Shown here in pieces: positions 59,101-64,000 of a stretch of 64,000 nucleotides of DNA; the stretch's first letter is position 1, and each line of letters opens with the position of its first letter. The translations under genes and the position numbers were made by a program. The notes beneath the pieces are model-generated. The model did not search any database. It had not been told where the DNA came from and saw only the letters and a program-made list of their open reading frames with translations. The stretch covers positions 36,828,001 through 36,892,000 of the forward strand of contig OZ320320.1 of the NCBI GenBank assembly GCA_976226885.1, read 5' to 3'. Source of the DNA: Iphione sp. A-MEVVRFRX5 (taxonomy: Eukaryota).

Positions 59101-60827
59101 GCCGTCCTCCGGCCCTTCTCTCACCCTGGGTAACCCCTCCGCCCCCCACGGCCCTCTTCACCCAGGCCTGCGGTCCCGCTAACAGGATTTTACGAGGGAA
59201 TGGAGTGCGGTAACGAGCCTGCTGGAGGCCGCAGGAAGCCCATGTCTCTCCCTTTGTTATAACCACAGGTAGATGATTCTAATCACAGGATAGAGTTGCT
59301 GGTATGTGATTTTCCTCTGAAGGATTCGGGGACAAAGAGTGTGTTTGGGGGGGAGGGGGGGGTGGGCGGCGGCGAATGTATTTCACATGCTGTCCAAACT
59401 ATAAATTTGTTGCATGTCGGTGTCTTACATGCTCCCCCAGGCCAGCATGTCACCGAGTTCAGTGTTATGGCGGTGACATGAGGCCCAACATATGTTTAGC
59501 GTGATAATCGTCCGGATGACGCAGTCTACATAGAATATTTCAGTGGGAGGAATCCTCGTAGGCTGCTGTTTGAAATCGTCATCTCGGTGATCTACTGTGC
59601 TAAGAGGATGAATTTGCCCGTTTAATGGAGTGCAATCATATATAATATAGTAGCCTGCATTCATATATCATGGATCTTCACCATACACTAATGGGTAAAT
59701 TACATCAACGACCCCGTCCCCTTCTCAATTTCTTTGAATAAGTTGCTTCTGTCCATGCGTGCGACCATTTCTACCTGCGTTGATGTCCAATCTGTCTGTG
59801 TGTCCATCTGTACCTCATACATCATTGCTCCTTACAGGAAACGTATACATTTTACCAAAAATCTGGACATGGATGGAAAAAAGACGTTTTGTCATGTGTT
59901 TACGATTGGATGCATTTGAAACACGTCCTCCGCGTTAGCCTTTTATTAACGATTAAAAAGAATGTGATGCTTTTCAACCACCATAAAACAATTTCTCTAT
60001 ATTTAACAATACAATTTCACTACATATGCAATGTGTGTATGTGTATATGAAAAATAGACAAGGAGTACACATTGTTCTCTGTAATTAATTCAAGGCACTT
60101 CATTTCAAAAACAACTATGGTTTACATATGGAAGATTTTAAAACAAACCTTGGCTGCAGAAGGCCTTTTTTTGAGGCTCAACATATCAAGCTTTAACAAA
60201 CAACATGAAGAAGTAACACAACGAAAGATATTTTTGCAGACACTTGCGTGGATAATACTTTTTCGGCGTGGTAACAAATGATATGGGAAAGCAATTGACG
60301 CGTCATTGAGGAAGAAATCAACATTTGAGTGGCGTAAGTGACTGAGTCCATAACGTCTGCAGTGCTGAAGAAGAGGAGTCCCACACATTTACATTTCGGC
60401 ATAATGGTGATAGACATTCGTCTCCAGTCAGCAAAAGTGGTTGCATTTCAACATAAAATGGATTCGGTGAGGGACAGATACATTAGTTAGAAACAGAACT
60501 GTATGAATGACAGCAATACGTCAACGGCTTCCCATTTAATCATGAGTATGAACAAATACATGTATATGGTAGATAAGGTACAAGTACACAGGGTTACTGC
60601 CCATAATGTACGAGCTTCGCGGAGCAAATGAGTAAATTATAATGGCAGTAACCCTGTGTATGAATACCTTATCTGACACGTAGACATAATGTTTGACAAC
60701 AATAACATAGGAAAAGAAATGCCTATATAGAGCCAAGCAAAGAAACAATTTTTATTTGGCCGACTGAACTTGAAGCCAATAAAACAACTGACGAGTTCTG
60801 TTCTCATCTTCTGCTCCCAATATTATG

Positions 60828-61320
60828 CAATGATCCTTGTTTCTTCCTTCCAATTAATATCATCACCTTCTCCTATACTAGGTAATAATCCTTACATACT
60901 CTCTACATCCTATAGTAATCCTCACCTCCTCCGTACAAAGTGGGAACCTTACCCCCTCTCTACACATCTAAATAATGTTCACTTCCCTACCGCTTTACTT
61001 TGTAATGCTCAACTGCTCCCTTCGGTCTGTATTAACGCCCCCATACTCTCTGTATTCTTTAATGATCCTGACCTCCTAGTCAAACTGTCAAATGATGTTT
61101 GTCTCTACCCGTCATTCTGTACTGATTCTCATCTCTATTCTGTAATGGTCTGCATGATCCCAACCTTCACTGTACATTGATCCTCATTACTATATCACGT
61201 AATGATCCTTACTACCTATGTTCTGTCATGATCCTGATCTCCTCTATATATTCTGTTATGATACTCACCTCTTTCCTACATTCTGTAATAATCCTAATCT
61301 CATCGCTACGTTCAGTAATT
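60828..61320 (+). repeat. Degenerate ~30-bp minisatellite (about 15 units)
   Basis: Approximate consensus tgtaatgatcctcacctcctctatacattc; cleanest units at 61228-61320. Confidence 0.75.
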
Positions 61321-64000
61321 GATAATTTGGGGTTTATAGTATATAGACTACTTCCTTCCTTTCAAGTAGCATCACCATTCAAGAAAAACAGTGTCTATTT
61401 AGGTATATATAATTTAAGCTTATTCTAACTATGGTATGACATTCTGAAAATTGCTCGTTTTTTTCAGTCGATGTTCAAGTACGTGTCTATCAAACACCTG
61501 GAAACCGAGCATTTTGTATTTGCTCTTTCTTCATGATTTAAAACGTCTTCAACAAATAATCCATTCAACACTTTCTACAGAGATATCTATAGAGGCGCAA
61601 TTGTGTACAGGAAGACTCGAAACTTCCAAAAGTGATCCACATGTACACTCAAACCGTGAACAGTTCAGTCAACACAGACATCGGGAATTCCTTTTCTTTT
61701 TAACCGCGCAGACAAATGTTAATATAGAGTTGTCGTCTACTCTTGGACAACTGACTGTAATAATTGCACTGATAATGGATTTGTAAATAGGCCCACATCC
61801 AAGCTCAATACGAACCATATAGGACTTTTGTCTACAAGGAATTTCTAATTAAACAAGTAATAATCAATAATTAAATTCTATCAGTACTATACATACAAAT
61901 GTATGTTGTACTGCAATGACTACAATGGATAATACGCAAGTCCCAACCAATAGGGTGTACATGTAAACTTATAAAGAAAACATTGGCCATCATGTGGCGA
62001 ATTTTTCAAATGTTTTGGTGTAATACGTACGAATTTAACTCCCAAGTAAATTTGGCACCTTGGAAAGCTCGAGAATGATGTCTCCCAGCCGTTCAAACTC
62101 TGCGAGATGGTTGTAGATGTGAGCTGACAGTCGTACGTAGAGCCGCCCTGAAACCGCCTTCACGGGCACCTGGAGCAGACGACATCGAAACATTTAGACA
62201 AACATTATCCTGTGATTTGAGGAATGTAGAAAACCATGGTGGTTTATTACTATACACAGGACCGAGAACACTAATGCGTATGTGTATATACACACACACA
62301 CATACATACATACAATCAACGCTGCTTGACAGAACCTGGCAAGTTCCCGTCAACGGGATGCACTGAACTAATACATGAAATAGAGGGAAAAACTACCTTT
62401 CTACTGGACCCAGTGGACCATATGAGTGGTTATTCCTGTTACTTGGGATCCGATTACGCAGAGCTGGTCGTATAAATTTATTACACAGCAGCTGGTGAAT
62501 ACATTTTATCGAATGATTTGAATACTACAGCAGATTTCTTTGATGAAACATATGCGCCCAATCAAAACTTTTTGCTGATGTGTCTCCATGCATATGTCGG
62601 TGATGGGGGATGTGTGTATACATGCTGTGTATGGGTGGATATATAGCTGTATTAGTACAAATGCTTGCATGATTGCATGAGTGTGTGCGCGCGAGTTCGT
62701 TCGTGGCATGTGTTGGTGTGCATGTACGTGTGTGTACGTTTGTCCGTATCAGGAACCCTTTACCTCGACGTTGTACTTGAAGTACAGCGTGTTCTGAAGT
62801 TGTTCGGCCTTGGAATAGTCCACCTCCTCGCATTGGCTGGAAAGAGCTGGCGGCAGCTCCACTTCGATCATCGAGCCTGCAAGACACGAGGAATACTAGA
62901 AACCAACTTTTAGTGTCCAGAAGGGGTAGAACGAAACAATAACGCCACGGAAGACATGGGTAAGTGATGTTTGTATAGCGATACTGTAGCAACGTTCGAC
63001 AGATTCCAAACGTTATCAAATAAAAGTTTACTTCAACCAAACCCCAAATAAACCCGTAATAAATAGGATTCCCAATGTCGTGATGATCCAGATGATCCAG
63101 ATAAAATAAACATAACAGTATTGACAAATGACAACGTTTTCCGCGAAAATGCACCCCAGTGAAGGAAAAATCCCGATTCGAAATCTGCATATGACGAGGT
63201 TTGACACTACTCCACTGGCAAATGTGAAGGTACAACCACATCGTTGTATAAAAAAAACCCTCTTCCAAAAGCATCCCTATGATACTGATGTCCACCGATG
63301 AAAGCCTCGATAATTGGATCACCTTCATGACGATTACTCCTATGAGTGCTGTGCTGTGTATTCTCTGGATCTAATTTAGCTCTATCAGGTCTCTCTATCT
63401 TTCTGGCTTTCTGACTCTATATACATATGTGTCATCTATGGAGTTCAATATATGGATTTCAGTTTCAAGAATCCCACTATGATTTTCTGGGGTGAAAAAG
63501 CTCACAAAAACTATAGCACAACTACACAATGCAAAACAGACACTCGCTATCCTAACACATCGTAAATGTGGCTAGATGCAGATTAGGGCCTAACTAAAAA
63601 GAACAATATTCTGTTTACTATACATATTTTAATTTAAACAATAAAGTCTGCTTGGCTTTCAAGGAAGAACCTTTTGGAACCTAACGGTTAGCATTTACAC
63701 ACGCACACATAAATACGTAATATGACAGCAATGAAAGGCCCATAAAGTAAAGTACGTCCTTTTATACGAGCTAGTGGTTGGAGGAACGATCCACACTTAT
63801 GCCTGGGAAACTCTCTTTTAAGTAACAACTGAACGTACATGTATTTTAATGTACAACTAATTGATGAATGATATCTTCACAATACACGTAGTCCGTCCAT
63901 TCTTCCTAAAGACTATTCAGCCTGTTTTCCCGTCCGTCGGAGTAACGGATGGTAATAAAGACTTCGATTCTGTACCTGTACGTATGATAATGTTCCAGTG

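Noticed and set aside
62525-63328. 267-aa minus-strand ORF
   Set aside because: No domain or splice support; partly reads through CA-rich low-complexity sequence; composition is not protein-like.
1-64000. CRISPR arrays, rRNA/tRNA genes, prokaryotic operons or defence systems
   Set aside because: None seen. The window is a spliced animal gene with introns; repeats are simple or degenerate tandem types without spacer structure.

Overview
Eukaryotic (animal) genomic DNA; no prokaryotic genes, CRISPR arrays or RNA genes were found. The + strand carries 11 phase-consistent coding exons (1796-53114, about 860 codons) of an invertebrate-type aryl hydrocarbon receptor (AHR/spineless, bHLH-PAS) gene, from the bHLH/PAS-A linker to the stop codon; the bHLH exon lies upstream of the window. 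The PAS sequence looks lophotrochozoan-like, which is inference only. The 20-kb intron 13132-33263 holds two young, antisense, poly(A)-tailed, 5'-truncated non-LTR retrotransposons of the CR1/L2 group. The first (16194-21473, 6-bp TSD GGCGAT) is the most unusual object in the window. It has three ORFs: an L1-type RRM/CTD ORF1 fused to a NADAR (YbiA-like) domain, a separate SGNH esterase ORF, and an intact endonuclease-RT ORF2. The AHR 3' end has several candidate routes to alternative C-termini, including a coding-like 59-codon in-frame segment right after the stop codon (readthrough or alternative acceptor). The rest is intronic or intergenic sequence with GC/CpG-rich patches, motif clusters and simple or degenerate repeats. 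All domain calls are by eye from remembered family motifs; no database searches were run.
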